A stretch of DNA of 64,000 bases. Source: Antedon mediterranea. Taxonomy: Eukaryota; Animalia; Echinodermata. The first letter of the stretch is position 1, and every line of letters begins with the position of its first letter. The notes under the pieces were generated by a model that worked only from the letters and a program-made list of their open reading frames with translations, did no database searches and had not been told where the DNA came from. Below are positions 13,301-28,300 of the stretch, one piece after another. The position numbers were made by a program, and so were the translations under genes. The DNA is taken from NCBI RefSeq assembly GCF_964355755.1, contig NC_092674.1:16802001-16866000 (forward strand). The letters run 5' to 3'.

Positions 13301-16300
13301 CAAAAAATGAAAGGAATACCAACATAAATATTAATTCTGTACGGAGAAAGCTCGAGCGGAAGTTGAGAGTTACTTTTCGCGAAACATTTGTTACAATGAG
13401 ATTTATTTCATTCATAACTTTTTAACATTTAATATATGTAAGTCATTTTCCAGGCTCGGACCTGGAAGAAGGTCCTTAAAAAAACTGAATTGCTATGTTA
13501 GACCACATTTGCATAACTTTTCAAAACTCATCAAACCCTCTGCTAGTAATTAATATAGGAAGGTATCGCCAAATTATTCAGAAAAAAAAAGAATAAAACA
13601 TGGCAAGATGTAATTAATCAAACGACGGCCAAAGAATACAGACAATTTTAATTTAGGTTTTGATTCATACGGTGGTGGATTAAGCCTAGTTTGAAACTAT
13701 AGTGACCATTTATTTTTACTGTAGATAGAAAAAGTTGTTTCCATCTCCATGTTAATACCCAGGCACTTTTCAAGAAAAAATTATTTGTCACAGCTCCAGT
13801 TACAAGTGTCAATCATTTGGCCAGTGAACAGCCCACTGGTAGGATAGTCCTTGAAACCGTCCGTAAAACACATTAATCATAAAAATCAGTCATGCCGCTA
13901 ATAGTTGAAAACATCACTTTTTGAGGTTTTCAAACGGTAACCAGGGCTTGTTCGCCTAATGAGGCCTAGATAAAAAATGTATGTGTAACTTACAATGCCT
14001 CCTCTTAGAAAGAAGTTGTACTCTTCCATATTTAGCTTGCCAGATGCCTCTAAAATCTTGGCACACATTTGGAATGAAAATAAGAGTTTGTGTTTTTCAA
14101 ACAGACCTCTGCATGTAAATCTATTAAAGACAATAAAAACAAATATATAATTCAATACTAATGAACAATTACAAAAGTACTAATAATTTGCTTTACAGTA
14201 TATGGAGCTGGGGTCCCATTAGGCATTTGAAATCAGCACTGCTGGCAGCCCCTGCATCTAGGATCTGCCTCAGACGTATTGGCTTATGCCTCTCCGCTGG
14301 TTAATTATTATTCACTTTTATTTCAAATATCAAAAAATTGACCAAAATTACAACTCGTGGCTAAGAGCCAAATTGCGTGTAAAATACATGTCATATCAAA
14401 AATATAAATATATATAAAAAATATGAAAACAAAAAAAACAACAAAGAAGGGGAGAGCAGTCGCAAACTAGCAGGGGAGAAAATTAAGAATTCAGTAATTT
14501 GATGAAGTAGGGTATAGGGCTATTGGTAAATCTGGATGTTTTAGACGCTAGCTGGGTAATTTTGTTTTTATTTCTTAAATTCCTACCATGACAGCTATGT
14601 CTGGTCGGTGGGATTAAATCAGCTGTTTGTTTAATTTTGGGGAGATACTCAGCGAACTTGCGACAATGCTCCACCCTTCTTTGAGCCAAAGTCTCTAATT
14701 TAAGAAATTCAAGGGCACCAGAGTAAGAAAAGTAATCATTGCCTAACATTATACGGCAAGCCCTCTTTTGAACATTTTCAATACAATCGCTTAATCTACT
14801 AGACAGGCCAGAATGCCAAACAACATCAGCATACTCAACAACTGGTCTAATGTAACCACAAAAGGTCAATTTAAGCTCTTCAATGTTAAAACCAAATCGT
14901 TTTAGTGATCGTAAAAAGAAAAGTTTCCTGGAAGCTTTAGTGATGATGGAATCAATATGACAGTCCCATTTAAGGTTGTCTTGAAAAAAAACTCCCAGGA
15001 TCTTGGCTTTATTAACATATTGGAGCTTATCAGTTCCCAAGTGTATGTCAACGTGTGAAGGTTGGGTAGAACTGAAACACACCTTAAGGGCCTGACATTT
15101 TTTGGGGTTAAGCACTAAACAGTTGTCGTTACACCAGCGGAAAAAAGAATTAAGATCATCTTGTAAAAAACCAGGCAATGAGAGCTTACGATTTTCACAA
15201 AATGTAAGATCATCTACATATTTCAGATACTTAGTTTTAGCATTTGTACCAGCATCGTTGATCATGATCTGGAAACATAAAGGGCCTAACTTGGTTCCCT
15301 GTGGGACACCAGCTTTTAAGTAAGAGTAATTAGATAAGGTACCATTATATTTGACACACTGCATACGCATAAAAAGAAAATCACACAACCATGGTACCAA
15401 AGCCCCCCTGACACCAATATCAATGATCTTATTAACAAGGATGGTATGGTCGATAAGATCAAAGGCCTTGGAGAAATCAGTAAGAACCATGGTACCAACA
15501 TTGTGCTTATTCTCAGCACCTTGACAGAGATAATGCACCAAGTGGGTCAGGTAATGAGCAGTAGACAAACCCTTAACATTTCCAAACTGGTTAACATCGA
15601 TTTTTGAACTTATATCTTGTAAGATCCAGTCAGTGATAAACTCCTCAGCTACTTTGGCAAACACAGAAGTAATGGAGATAGGTCTGAGTTTGTCAATAGT
15701 AGGAGGCTGAACCTTGGGCACAGGGACTACAACTGCCTTTTTCCACTGAGAAGGGACAATACCTTCAGAAAAAGAACAGTTGAGTATATCACAAAGTGGT
15801 TCACAAAACTCCATGGCAAATAATTTAACAATTTTGGGTGGGACCAAATCTGGTCCGCAGGCCTTGTTTTCTTTAATAGATCTTAATTTTTTATAAATAT
15901 CCCAAGGATGAAGTTTAGGTGCAGGTTTGTCAGAGGGAAGGAATGCAGGGAGTTGAGTTTTATTTAGAAAAGGGATGTGAGCACTAATGTTAGTAAACAA
16001 GTCATTGATGACATTAGCAATGGATTTATGATCCAATGGAGAGATTTCAGGAACTGGTATATTGAGATCAATTTTCTTAGTGTTTGTCATAACTCTGACC
16101 TGTTGGTGCCATTTACCTGGGTCAGTTTTTTGCAGGTGTCTAACTCTATCTACATTAAATTTTACTTTAGCTTTAATGATTTCCCTCTTGACTTTGTTTC
16201 TGCAAGCTTTCCAATGGGTTAAGTTATTGGATTTAAACGCTTTTTGGCGTTCAGAAATAGAATTTCTGATATTTTGTGTTAGCCAAGGTTTATCAGTATT

Positions 16301-19300
16301 GTGCGTTTTAATATTTTTCAACGGGAAAAACTTATTAATAGCAGTGATCAGTTTGTAATAGAAAGCATCAACTTTACTCTGTGTAGAAATGCAGCTATAA
16401 ATATCATTCCAATTCTGAGATACAATCCAGGTGCCAAACGATCTTATTCTGGTATCATATAAGGGACGAACACTTATAGATTTGACAACATTTTTGATAG
16501 CTTGAACTTTAGGTTTCCATAAAATACAGATGTGGTCACTAAAACCAAGAGGAGACATCGCTTCTGGGGTATGGTATTTAGTTTCAAAATTAGTCAAGAT
16601 GAGGTCTAATGTAGCAAGTTCACGGGTTGGAAAATTAACAATTTGTTTTAAACAGTTATTACGTAAAATGTAGTTAATGTTCATTCTGTTGAAATCGCCC
16701 ATAATGCAAAAACCAGTCTGAAGTGATCTAGAACGAATAAGGTCTATCGTTTCACAAATATGCCGCTCAAGAAGAAGTTGATATGGGGAGTCTGTTGTGA
16801 TGTAGATAGCACAAACAACGATTGATGACATTCCTCTTGGTAGACGAGAACATTTTAAGTTTATCCAAATGACTTCCAATTCAGGTGGTACAGGGATGTC
16901 AAGGATTGCACAATCAATGTTATCCTTCACATAAATTGCCACACCGCCTCCACGTCGATCCTCTCTACATTTGCCAAAAAAAGAATATCCTTGAACATGA
17001 ATTTGAGCATTACATATATGAGGTCCATACCAGGATTCAGTAAATACTCCGACATCAACCCCTTGGGTGTTTAATAACAAACTCAATTCATCATGTTTAT
17101 TGCAAAGTGATTGAGCATTGGTAAGTAAAAACAAAGGTAGTTGGCAAGAAGATGGTCTATCCTTGGCACCCACATTATTTGATAATGGGATGTTTATCAG
17201 TTGTCGATGCAGAAAATGAGTAAAATTTTTTCTTCTTTTATTAGAGTTAGGCAAAGAAGCATAATAACTAATTCTCACTGGTATACGTCGATGAATATGA
17301 GAACCACCACGTCTTCCTCTCTTGCTAGGCCGAAGCCTAGGCCTGGTAGGAATCCAGCTGTTAGTGCTACCAGGCGTGAGTTGAGAACAGCAAGGCATAC
17401 AACTGTTAGTAGAGCAAGTAGAGCAGGCTTGGTCCGGCATAGGCCTAGGCCTAGCAGATTTCATCGAAAATAAGATGAAAATCAGGAAATGAATCGAAAT
17501 GTCCGGAAAAAAAGCAATGATTAAATCCACTAAACAACAGCAAAATTACAGACATAACACAATACGACATCAAAAAGTTAACAAAACAACAGCAAAAAAA
17601 TCAAAAATCATGAGAAAATCAAGGAGGTCGTCAGCTAGCTCAGCGCCCTCTGTAATAAATGGTTAAGGTGGGCACTGAACGAGAGAAGCCCTTGGTCAAT
17701 GTTGGGACCAGCCAAAGTTGCTTTAAACAGTCCCAGGCTTAATCATCATTCAGATGAATGTAAGACTAATTGACATTGTCGTTTACGACAAAAGTCGGCC
17801 ATATAAAAATAAAAAAATAATTAAAAAAAATAATACTAACAAAAATTAATTTTTTTGTATGTTTGTCAACTAAATTCTATATTCTAGTTGGTTTTTTTTC
17901 TATCTATTGTTTTTTTTAAAGAGAGGAAATCATTTGTTTTTGTTTTGTTTTATATATTTTGGCAAATTAGCCAAGGATAACCATAAGCAAATTCATTCAC
18001 TATCCTTTACAAGACAACATATACACAAGATGCTCTACAAAATTGTAGTGGAGTTGTATTAATTGTCATTAGAAAAAATCCTGACATATGACAGGATCAA
18101 CAGCAAAATAAAACCAAAGTAAATGGACAATGTTTAAACTCTCCAAATCACTCCTATTTAATAAAATATACCTCAAATGTGTTAGAACAAAGAAGTGAGA
18201 TTCCAAATTACAATGACAATTGTAATAAAAAACAATAATAAATGCAAATTTGCTCTTGTTTTTTATACACTACCTATAGACAGAATAAGTATGATATTCA
18301 TTCAGGTTTGTAATTCTTTGCTCCAATTGTGGACTGCGTTGGCTTTTATCAATTGAAATGTTAAAGAGATCAATGTAAGCATCTAATGAAAACTGGTACA
18401 TTGGGTCAATTCGTCCCATATCATTCAGGACAAAAAAAAGAATTGATGCTCGTTGTGCGCAAGATCTGTATCCCTGCAAATAACAAACAGAATAAAAAAG
18501 TGAGTATTTGATTGAATTTATTTTATTTATTTTCCATTTTGCATTGATGTTTATAGACTATTCTAAGCAAATTTTAGTACATCCTTTGATCTTGTTGAGA
18601 AAGTGTGGCTGAATGGTATTAAATGCAGAGGAAAAGTAAAGTAAATGATCTTGCTGTTACCTTATTGTGAATTTTCTAAGTAGGAATAAAACAGATCTAT
18701 TTTATATATAACTGCATCCTCAGTACTACATGTTCCTCTAATAATAGGCAAACTGTAGAGGATCCAGATAATGTACAGCAAATGGGATTCTTAATGATAA
18801 CTTTTTCAGATGTTAAAGCAATGGGCAACAATAATACTGTAATAATTGTTATTTTTTTTATATAATAAAATGCACCCGTTTTGTTCCTATAATATAGTTA
18901 CCGGTATTGTAGTAAACATTATATTCTAAGTCAAGACCCATCAGCCTTTTCAAAATAAAAGTGGCAGAATAATTATTTGTTTGTGATTGGGTGGCTTCTG
19001 ATAAGATGTAAGGCAGTATGGCAATGTCAAAGATGCATGAAATAACCCTAACCCCCAGTTTAGTTCACAGTCTAAAGCAGTTCATGACATAAGCTCTGCA
19101 GCTGAGGAAGCCCACAAAATTAGGAGGGTCATCCTTTACTAAAGCCTTTGATAGAATTGTAAAAATTCCCTTTCAAATGTTACCATGTTAAAAGCTGGTA
19201 TCAAACAAGTTAGATTCCATTGCCTTTCAAATCATGATTAATGATGCTTAATTAACATTTGTCACCTATACTATATACTTTTGGTTGGAGTCACATTACA

Positions 19301-22300
19301 AAACAACTTGAAATGGGATAAAGCAAAATTGGCAATATCATCCTCAAAATATAAATGAACAAATGTTTAGTTGTTTGTAATAAATTAAATAATTAAAATA
19401 AAAGAAATAATGTATGGTAGGCCCAACCTATTAAATATGCTGAGCACATAATAGCCTCATTTATGTTTTTTTCATGTACCTAAAGCCTGTTTTCCAGTCG
19501 ACGTTGAGTTGCGACGAGTTGCATTGAAAGAAAAATTAGTACTTGCGTTTAATTTTCATTTTATCAATTGTTATATCATTTTGATTTAGTAACTACTTAG
19601 TTGCTTAGGGCCAGGGAGCTGGTTAATTGGTGTTGCCTAGATGTTTGCCTATTCTGTTGTAATTGTGCTTAATACAGTTCAGTCTGTCAATCATTGCAGT
19701 TTTATAATGTTACCTACCTCCCTAGCAGCATCAATTTTCGCTTCTGTTTGTTCAGACACTTGTAGTTGTTCAGATACTTCTTCAGACGTTTTCTTTGAAG
19801 ACTGTAAAGTGTTTACAAGCTGTTCATCATCTAGTAATGACCCTGTAGCTTCATTCAATAGCCTGTGCCAATCAAGGACAAAGATCAACCATTTTAAGGA
19901 AATTATATTATTTTTACACTCAAAATCAATCAAATATAATAGTCAACATCTTCTTTAGCGATGTATTGTATAATTCAAATTTCCAAATGACTTGGCAAAA
20001 ACAGACTAACAAGACATGAGCTAAATATGTATCAGTAATATATTCAAGAGCAGCTGATCAAATTTCAACATTTTAGTAAAATATATTGACTGATTCTAGA
20101 AACCACTACTGTACTCTAATAGAATATTATATAACATAAACACCTGAGAATCTCATCTTCAAGTTCAACCAATTTTTTTTTTCCAGCTGCAATATTCATC
20201 ACCAATGTATCTTTCTGTTCTTCTAATTCTGGCCTTTCTTTACGAACAACAATTCCAAGCAACTGGGCCTCAAGACCTTGTTCCTTAACAGCAAAGTTAA
20301 CAATGGTGGTCTTGGTAGAAATTTCTGGTGTGTAGTGAGGGTTGCTAAGTTTAGTTGTTATATAAAATTTAAACTCAGGGTTATAATCCAATTCTTTGTC
20401 ACCAACTCGGATTGTCATGCGATTACCTATAAATAAAAATAACACAAACCTTTGGTTTCATTTAATGATTTTACATAATAATTTATGTGTTAAATATTGA
20501 TAAAAAATTATTATCAATATTATTAAAACTAATACCGTATATCATCTTGTATAATCCCACCCCCCTAGAACATGAAATTGGGGTGGGATGGGATTGTTAA
20601 TATATCGGAGAAATCCCTGGTTCAGGAAAAAAATGATTGATAAGCATTTCTTGTACAACTCATCTGAACTGGCTAGTCAAGAGGCCGTAACATCCAAAAC
20701 AAAAGTCAATACTGGGACTATACCCGTTTGTGAAATCAGTCATAAAGTTGGAGGTTGGATTAGACTCGAAGTGGGACTATACCCGCGGATATACAGTATA
20801 TGTGCAGGGCCGGTTGCAGGACTATTTTAAGGTGGTTGCCCAAGAGTCCAGGGCCGTAGACACAGTATTTTCTCCTGTGGCGAAGCAAATTTTGCTAAAT
20901 GACACCCCTAGATGGTCGGAAATGGTACTCTCACACGTAAAATTCATGATAAATGGCACCTCTAGTTTGCCGAAAATGACACTCTATATCGCAATACCGT
21001 AGTAGCCAGCCTGCCTATATTTTCCGCTGGTAAAACACATGCAACTAACAATAGGATAACATTTTTTGCGTTCAATGCGAACGTCAGAGGTACTTCCAGT
21101 AAGGTAATAAATTATAGCAATTATAATCAATTAATACAAATTAATTATGGTTATCAATGAATAATGAAAAAAAATTTAGACAAAAAATATGAAGCTGCTG
21201 CTATAAATATATTGAGCAAAACGTATTATTTTAAAATAAATACTAACTAAGTCAGTAAAACCAGTGTTGCTTAAACCAAACTTCAGGAAAAAAAATATGA
21301 TCGAAATTTGCAGAATGAAGCAATTAGGAACGTCTGTAATTACTATGGAAATTCGGCCCAATATTATGGATATACGGAAATATCTCAGTATCTTTCTTCA
21401 ATAAATAAAACAATAACATATAAAAATACAAAGCAGCACAAGTCTAATCTGTCAGAAATTCATTCTGAGCATGTTCAGAAACATATCTACAATAACAAAA
21501 ATATGCTGACCGCCGGTAAATTGTGCTGATTGGGTATTACACTGCAGTCTCTCAATTTACATACTGTATAAGCTTATTTTCTTCAACCCGGACCTCTATA
21601 GCGTTAATGGTTATTACATTTTAATTTAGTGGCAGAAAAAACATTTAGTATGAAATTAAGGATCTTTTCTGATCTCTATAATGGGCTCTGTAATGAAAAT
21701 GGGTAAAACATTTGGTCCCAATAGGCTGGCCCATACAGGAAAAATTTCACACATTTCTATAAAATTCAGTATTATTGCATTAAATTAAAATCTATCTTCC
21801 CACGAAAGTTAATATTACAAATTAATTTAATCTCACATGTCGTACGTACCACCCTGTATGATACAACGAACATGTAATGTATGTAAAGATTGTATAGCAT
21901 AGTACAGCGTACTGTAAGGCGACGTTCTTTGTGTTTACCGACAGTACGCGATGAATCTACAGTATCAGTAGTAGGCATGCGTGTACTGAAATTGCTAGTT
22001 ACAAGTTCTTTGACCCAATTCCAATGCCCAGGCATTGATCGTACCATCGTACAGTACTGTATGTATTCTCACTGCGCATGTACCGGAAAAGTACTTGTAG
22101 TACTGTATTTTGCGTACATACTTTCGCGAATTGCAATCACTCGTGAAATTTTCTGGTTTTACAGTATGTCGGAAAAACATAGTAGCGTAGTTTTAGAGAC
22201 TAAAGAAAGTTGTAAAAAGAAAAAATAAAACTAGATTTTCTAATGAATGGAAAAATATGTTTCCGTTTGTTAGTGCAAGTAATCAACACGTTACCGAGAG

Positions 22301-25300
22301 TGAATACAAGTTTTTTTGCACTATTTGTAACATGAATTTGTCATGCTCACAGGGAGAAATCAACGATGTTGCTGTACACTCCAGTAAGTTGTTTTTTTAA
22401 TTTGTATTTTTGTTAATGAATTAATACAACTAAGTACAGATTTGATTTGTACTGTGAATGGTTTTTTATTTAAGTGTATACGACAATATAAAGTTAGTAA
22501 ATCAAGTTTGATTTATAATCACCAAACAAGCTCTTTTCTTTTTGTTTGTATTACTGTATCTCTCAACTCAAAGCAAAACGTAACTGCAAAATCAATCAGA
22601 AAAGGCACTTTATTTATTACGATAGTTTTCAAAAAGCAATCAGCCATTAGTTCACTTTTATTAATGCAATAAATAATTCTTAGGCCTTACAAACATAATT
22701 ATTATTAAAGTTAGTAAAATATAAGGTTTAAATATATCATCATCAATTAAGTTCCTTTTTTGTGTTATCTTACTAAAGGAACTCAGAAGCACAATTTGAA
22801 TGAAAAATCGATCAGAAATACTTCAATGCGACGGTTTTTAAAACAACGACCAATTGATCAGCCAACTGTTCACCCTTCTATTCAGGCTGAGGTAAAGATG
22901 GCATTGATGATAGTTCATCATAATACTTTCTTCAATATTTCTGATCACCTAACAAAAATTATCAATCATGAGTTTCGTGGCAGCGCTGCAGCCGAGCAGT
23001 TTGCGTGCGGACGAACAAAAACGTCCGCAATTGTTAATTGCATTGGTGTTGAGCTAAGAACACAGCTTGTTACTGAAATGAAAAAGCAACCATTCAGTAT
23101 AATGATTGATGGTAGCAACGACACAGGCATTGCAAAAATGTACCCGATAACCGTACGTATCTTCGATCCTGAATTTGGCAGAGTAATGACCAAGTTCCTG
23201 GATATCAATCTGATAGAAGGTCGTACAAGTGCTACAGCTGCAACAATCTTCGAGCACGTAGACGCTCTGTTTCAGAGAGAGGGACTTAATTGGAGTTCGG
23301 TCACCGGACTTGGTGTTGACAACACCAATACTAATATCGGAGAACACAATTCAATTAAAAGTCGTGTGTTGGAAAAAGAACCAACTATTGTCATTGCGGG
23401 ATGCCCATGTCATATGGTACACAATGCAGCAGGCAAAGCATCAAGTGCCTTCGCCGTTGCAACCAAATTTGACGTCGAGGATCATTGCCTTGATCTGTTT
23501 TACTGGTTTGACAAGTCAACCAAAAGAAAAGGAGCTCTAAAAGAATATTTCGAATTTTGTGACATGGAGTATGCTGAGGTAATGAAGTATATTTCTGTTA
23601 GGTGGCTTTCTTTGGAGCATTGCTTAAACAGAGAACTTAAGAAGTTTGATGGTCTTAAGTCATACTTTTTATCAGAAAGCGAACGTGATGGCAGATTTCA
23701 GCGATTAAAATCTGCATTCAGTGAGCCGATCAGTGAGGTTTGCCTTTTGTTTTTTCAGTCTACAATAGCTATGTTTACTAAGTTTAATCGGTTTCTTCAA
23801 AGAGAAGACCCGCTTATATGTCTCCTGCATGAGCAGATGGAAAATGTTATGAATAAGCTGGCAGTTAAATTTGTAAAGCCCGAGGAGGTTATGAAGCACA
23901 GGGAAGAGTTTGGAACTTTGAAATCTTGGAAACTTCACTTGAAAATCAGAAGCCAGACGAAAGTCTCTCTATCGGCCTTGTGACAAAAGCGAAACTAAGA
24001 CGGCTTTTGGCGGATGGAGACATCGATGTCAGACAAGTTGACGCTTTTTATGATGGTGAGAGAAGCTTCTATAGTACAGCATTCCAATACTGCGCTAAGT
24101 GGCTTCCACTTGATGACCCATTAATGAAAAATTGTGTTTTCATTGACTTCCTTCAAAGAATGGATCAAAGCATGGATAACGTTGAACATGTTTTAACATC
24201 ACTTGAGCACATTCATAAAGATCTGATTAACGACCCGCATACCATGGATGAACTGGAAGAAGAATTTCTTGCATATCAGGCTATGTCTACCGCTCCAAGG
24301 TAATGGAAAGACCAGACGAAGAAAGTGGAGATACCCATCGAATGGATGTTGTATGGGGGTATATTAAAGGGAAACTCCCAATTTTTAGTAACGTTGCGTT
24401 ATCGATATTAATAATTCCTCATAGCAACGCTGGTGAGGAAAGAGTTTTTTCGCTAATCAGAAAAAATAAAACCGATTTCCGGTCTACACTAGACCTTGAA
24501 AGACAGCTGAGTTCAATCGTTCGAATTAAAATGAATATGCCCTCCAGTCTTGTGCCCTGCCATAGCTTCAAACCATCTGAAGACCTCCTGCAAAAATGTA
24601 AAAGGTCCTGTATGGAGTACAACCGAGCACACAGCAGCACAAACACAGACGCATAGATGTTTCAAAATCAAATTATACACACAAAAATTGTGATGTTTCT
24701 TGTTGTTTAAAAATAAATGAATAGAGAAAATAAGATCGTTCCTTTTATTTTATTAATTGTTATTTCGATTGTAACTAGTAATGGTGACGTGGTTAAATGA
24801 TACTGAGGGCCTATTATTACAGATAAATAAATAATACATTATAACTGAAATACTGTACTGTCACCGATGTAATAATATAACAATAAAAATAATACTAACT
24901 AGAGGGTACTCCGAGAGTACAAACCTCTGCCTACTGTAAAATTCCCCTACATAAAATGCCCCCTGAATATTTTTTTTTATTAGTTCTAAGTGTAAATATG
25001 TTAACTGCACACTAAAAAGTTGTGGATGACAGTGTGGTATAATGGTTATGTATCCAGCCTCTCACAGTTGAGATCGCTGTTTTTTTTTTTTATTGTTTTT
25101 TTATTTCTTTTTGTTTTGTTTTTTGTGGACCTTGATCTTTGACCCTGACTCTTCAAAATTTAACCACAATTATATGATGTGTCATTGATCATTGTGGCTA
25201 AGTTTGGTGAGAATCGGATAAAAGCTGTGGTCTCTAGGCAGTAAAATAGTTTTTTGTTAGTTGTGACCTTGACCTATGACCTTTTCCCCTCAAATTCGAA

Positions 25301-28300
25301 CTCGTCCGAGCTTTTGGGGCATAGATCATTGTTGCCAAATTTGGTGAGAATCGGATAAAAACTGTGGCCTCCAGGCTGTTCACAGACACACACACAAACA
25401 CACACAAACATACAGGGGTGAAAACATAACCTCTTTGGCGGAGGTAATTACGATACACGTGCGTACATGCATATACAATTCGTCAACTTCAATATATCCC
25501 TCTGATTTGCAAAGAGCTGTCTTAAGATTCGTGTTGGTAGTACAGTATACTTTTATTCTTGAACGTTGGTGGCAACAGACTTCACAGTGTTAACGTTGGT
25601 GGCGGTATACCCTCCTGATTTTTAATTCATTTAGGTTGGAACGTCTGCATTTGGCTACATAACGCCCTGTGTTAGAAATATATCGGGTAACTAAAACTGT
25701 GGGTTTAAGCCATGGGAAAGCCTGTCTGTTGTGCACCCTCGATCCTTAAGTAACCCATATGGATTTGCCAAAATGAACCAAGGGTAACTTTGGATTCTCT
25801 ATGAATGCATGCCCTTTATTGGAGATACATGGATACGTGGATTAAACTGTTTGTCTTATATGGATTCACCCATATGGGAAAAAGCTACGATTCTTAAGGA
25901 ACTCGTATCGATTTGTCCAAATTAACCTTTTGGGTACTCTTGGCGTATAAATGGGTCTTGCATCGGATATATATCGATCGAACTGTGAGTCCCTTGCAAA
26001 TTGGTCCATGTGGGAAAAGTATAAACTCAATAAATCTTTAAATTGGTCTGCAGCCCAAATTTCGGTTGAGACATATTAACACCGTATTATGTTGTCCAAT
26101 AACTTCTGACCATTCTGCCATTGCTTATAAAATTTTTCTAAAAGACATTGTACTGTATAGTAGTAGTAATAGTATCCCCCTTCTACACCTCTTTGAATTA
26201 AAATCCACTCCGATTGGCTCTTATGTACAGGATTTCAAAGCAATAGTCACACTTGTATTTTTCAAACAGTATAATAATAAAAACATCTATTATAAACAAT
26301 TTGCGCTTAGAAATCTCTATGCCATGTCGTTATTTACTAGATGAGAAGAACATGTCAAAGGTTAAAATTACAGAAAAAATGGCTGTTTCACTCACTTTTT
26401 GAAAAAATGTTGCATTATGGCAAGTATACACATATATATTGTGAACAATTTTACACCACTACAAATATTATTAATTTATGTTATTATAATATAGAATAAC
26501 ATTATTAAATTATGTCAAAGGTCAATAACCACACTTCCTGTCATTTTCAAGCAATATCATCTGTTAAACTGAATATAAATGTATATATTGGGAACAATTT
26601 GCTCCGAATTTTAATGCTCTTAATTTTGAACAATTTGACAACAAAATTATCTCACTACGTCCAGTATTTCCAGAGATATAGCATGTTTTATGAAAATAGC
26701 GGCCATTTTGTTTATGCTAATTATGCAAATTGCTCAATGCTGACAGCCGTCCAGTAAAAAAATTCTTCATTCTGATGGTATCGAGAATCAAAATCCATAA
26801 AAAAAAAACTATAGAAAACATTGCAAGGTTATGGGAAAAATAGGCATTTGGCTGCTGGACAATATTGTTTTGTTAGAGTCCACTCACGACACCGCACCAA
26901 ACACATTGGTTTGCCATCACATTTCTATGGGACATCAATAAACATGCTTATTGCAGATGAAGCAATTGTATAAATATTTGCCAATTCCCTCTCAGAAAAT
27001 GATTACTTATTATACATAGATGAGGTTAGTATATTTATATCAAAGTTTGATTTATAAAATGTAATAAATTATGTGAGATTTATGTATGTTTATTAAAAAG
27101 AAAAACTCTAGGCTAGACTAGGAGTGAAAAACCCTATTATCTAGCCTTTGTACTTTAATTGAATACAAAATGCTAAAAGTGAGTCATGTTCTTTGTATAG
27201 TTATGTGGTTTTAGAATGTTATTTCAATAAAATATTCGGTATCGTTAACCTCCACTGTGAGCTTTGAAAAACAGATGAATTTAGCAAAAATGTCTGGTGG
27301 TGAAGTGTACTTCCTTTAGTCAGGCATGCATCCCCCCCACCCTTATTTTTTCGATGGAAAAATATTATTATCGGCCTAGGCTTAGTCCTGCCTGGGCCTG
27401 GCCTACTAAACGGGGTTTTATCTTAGAGTTATTGCCAAGAGTTCATTCCATTGTTATTTACTATTTCAAACATTCCAACCATCAAATGTGTAAATAATAT
27501 GTGATTAAAATATCTATAATATAATAGAACTAAGTCAAAATTTGTTCCTCTATCTCCTCCTAAACCGCAAGCCCGATACTAACGCCGTTTGAACTGGTGC
27601 ACTTTTTAATTCCTCTCTATCAATTAGTCTATATTAGAACGGCAAATTTGTATGAACAACAGTTTTTTTAGGCCAATTTCTTTGCAACTGGCAAATGCTT
27701 ACGTAAAATTGAGATTGAGCACTAGGCTAAGTTATGTTTCTTATACGAATTAATATTCTAAAGCTGCTATGTAGGCAATAGTTAATTGAATGCGGGATGG
27801 TTTGGCCCAGGTGCAATGGGACGATTCTGCCCACTTTAGGCCGATATAATGTCTGACTAAGAGAAGCTTCTCATTTCATTAGCGCCTGATAGGGTTTTAT
27901 GATATGAAATATTGTACATTATGCTAACATTATGTTTTGCATTATGTTTTATGTACAGTAATTTATTTTCAAGGGGTGTAGGCCTACAACGAGGTACAAA
28001 CAAGGAGGATGAAGTTGTAATCATATTTACTTCTTTCTAATTAGGCCTACACCACCAACTACTACCAACACAAATCAAGACATTCCACTGAACAACAGGA
28101 GACTGCAAGAATATTCAACCAGATTCAACTAAGTCATTGTTCTCCAGTCGGAATTGATATTAACATACTTTGGAAGCTTTTACAAAACATGACAATTTAC
28201 CAGATGACTATGAAATGCAGGATTATGTCCAATACCAAAATTGAGGACGGAAACAAAATTGAAATAATAGTATTAATCAATAAAATTAAGAACATGTGTT

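Larger units (their letters stand above)
22166..25647 (+). mobile_element. Decayed hAT DNA transposon (left terminus not located)
   Basis: Transposase pseudogene plus candidate right TIR ..AGGTTGGAACGTCTG ending at 25647; nested HINE-like element at 24897-25448. Confidence 0.7.

Noticed and set aside
15102-17473. Short ORFs antisense or out of frame to the LINE, hAT, PLE and dynein exons
   Set aside because: Shadow ORFs of real coding sequence with no recognisable motifs
17530-17660. Possible HDV-like ribozyme in the LINE 5' UTR
   Set aside because: I could not build the nested double pseudoknot by eye; the CTGACGA present has no downstream hammerhead elements
21324-21336. TAGGAACGTCTG resembling the hAT right end
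   Set aside because: Same orientation as 25632-25647, so it cannot be the left TIR; no TSD found
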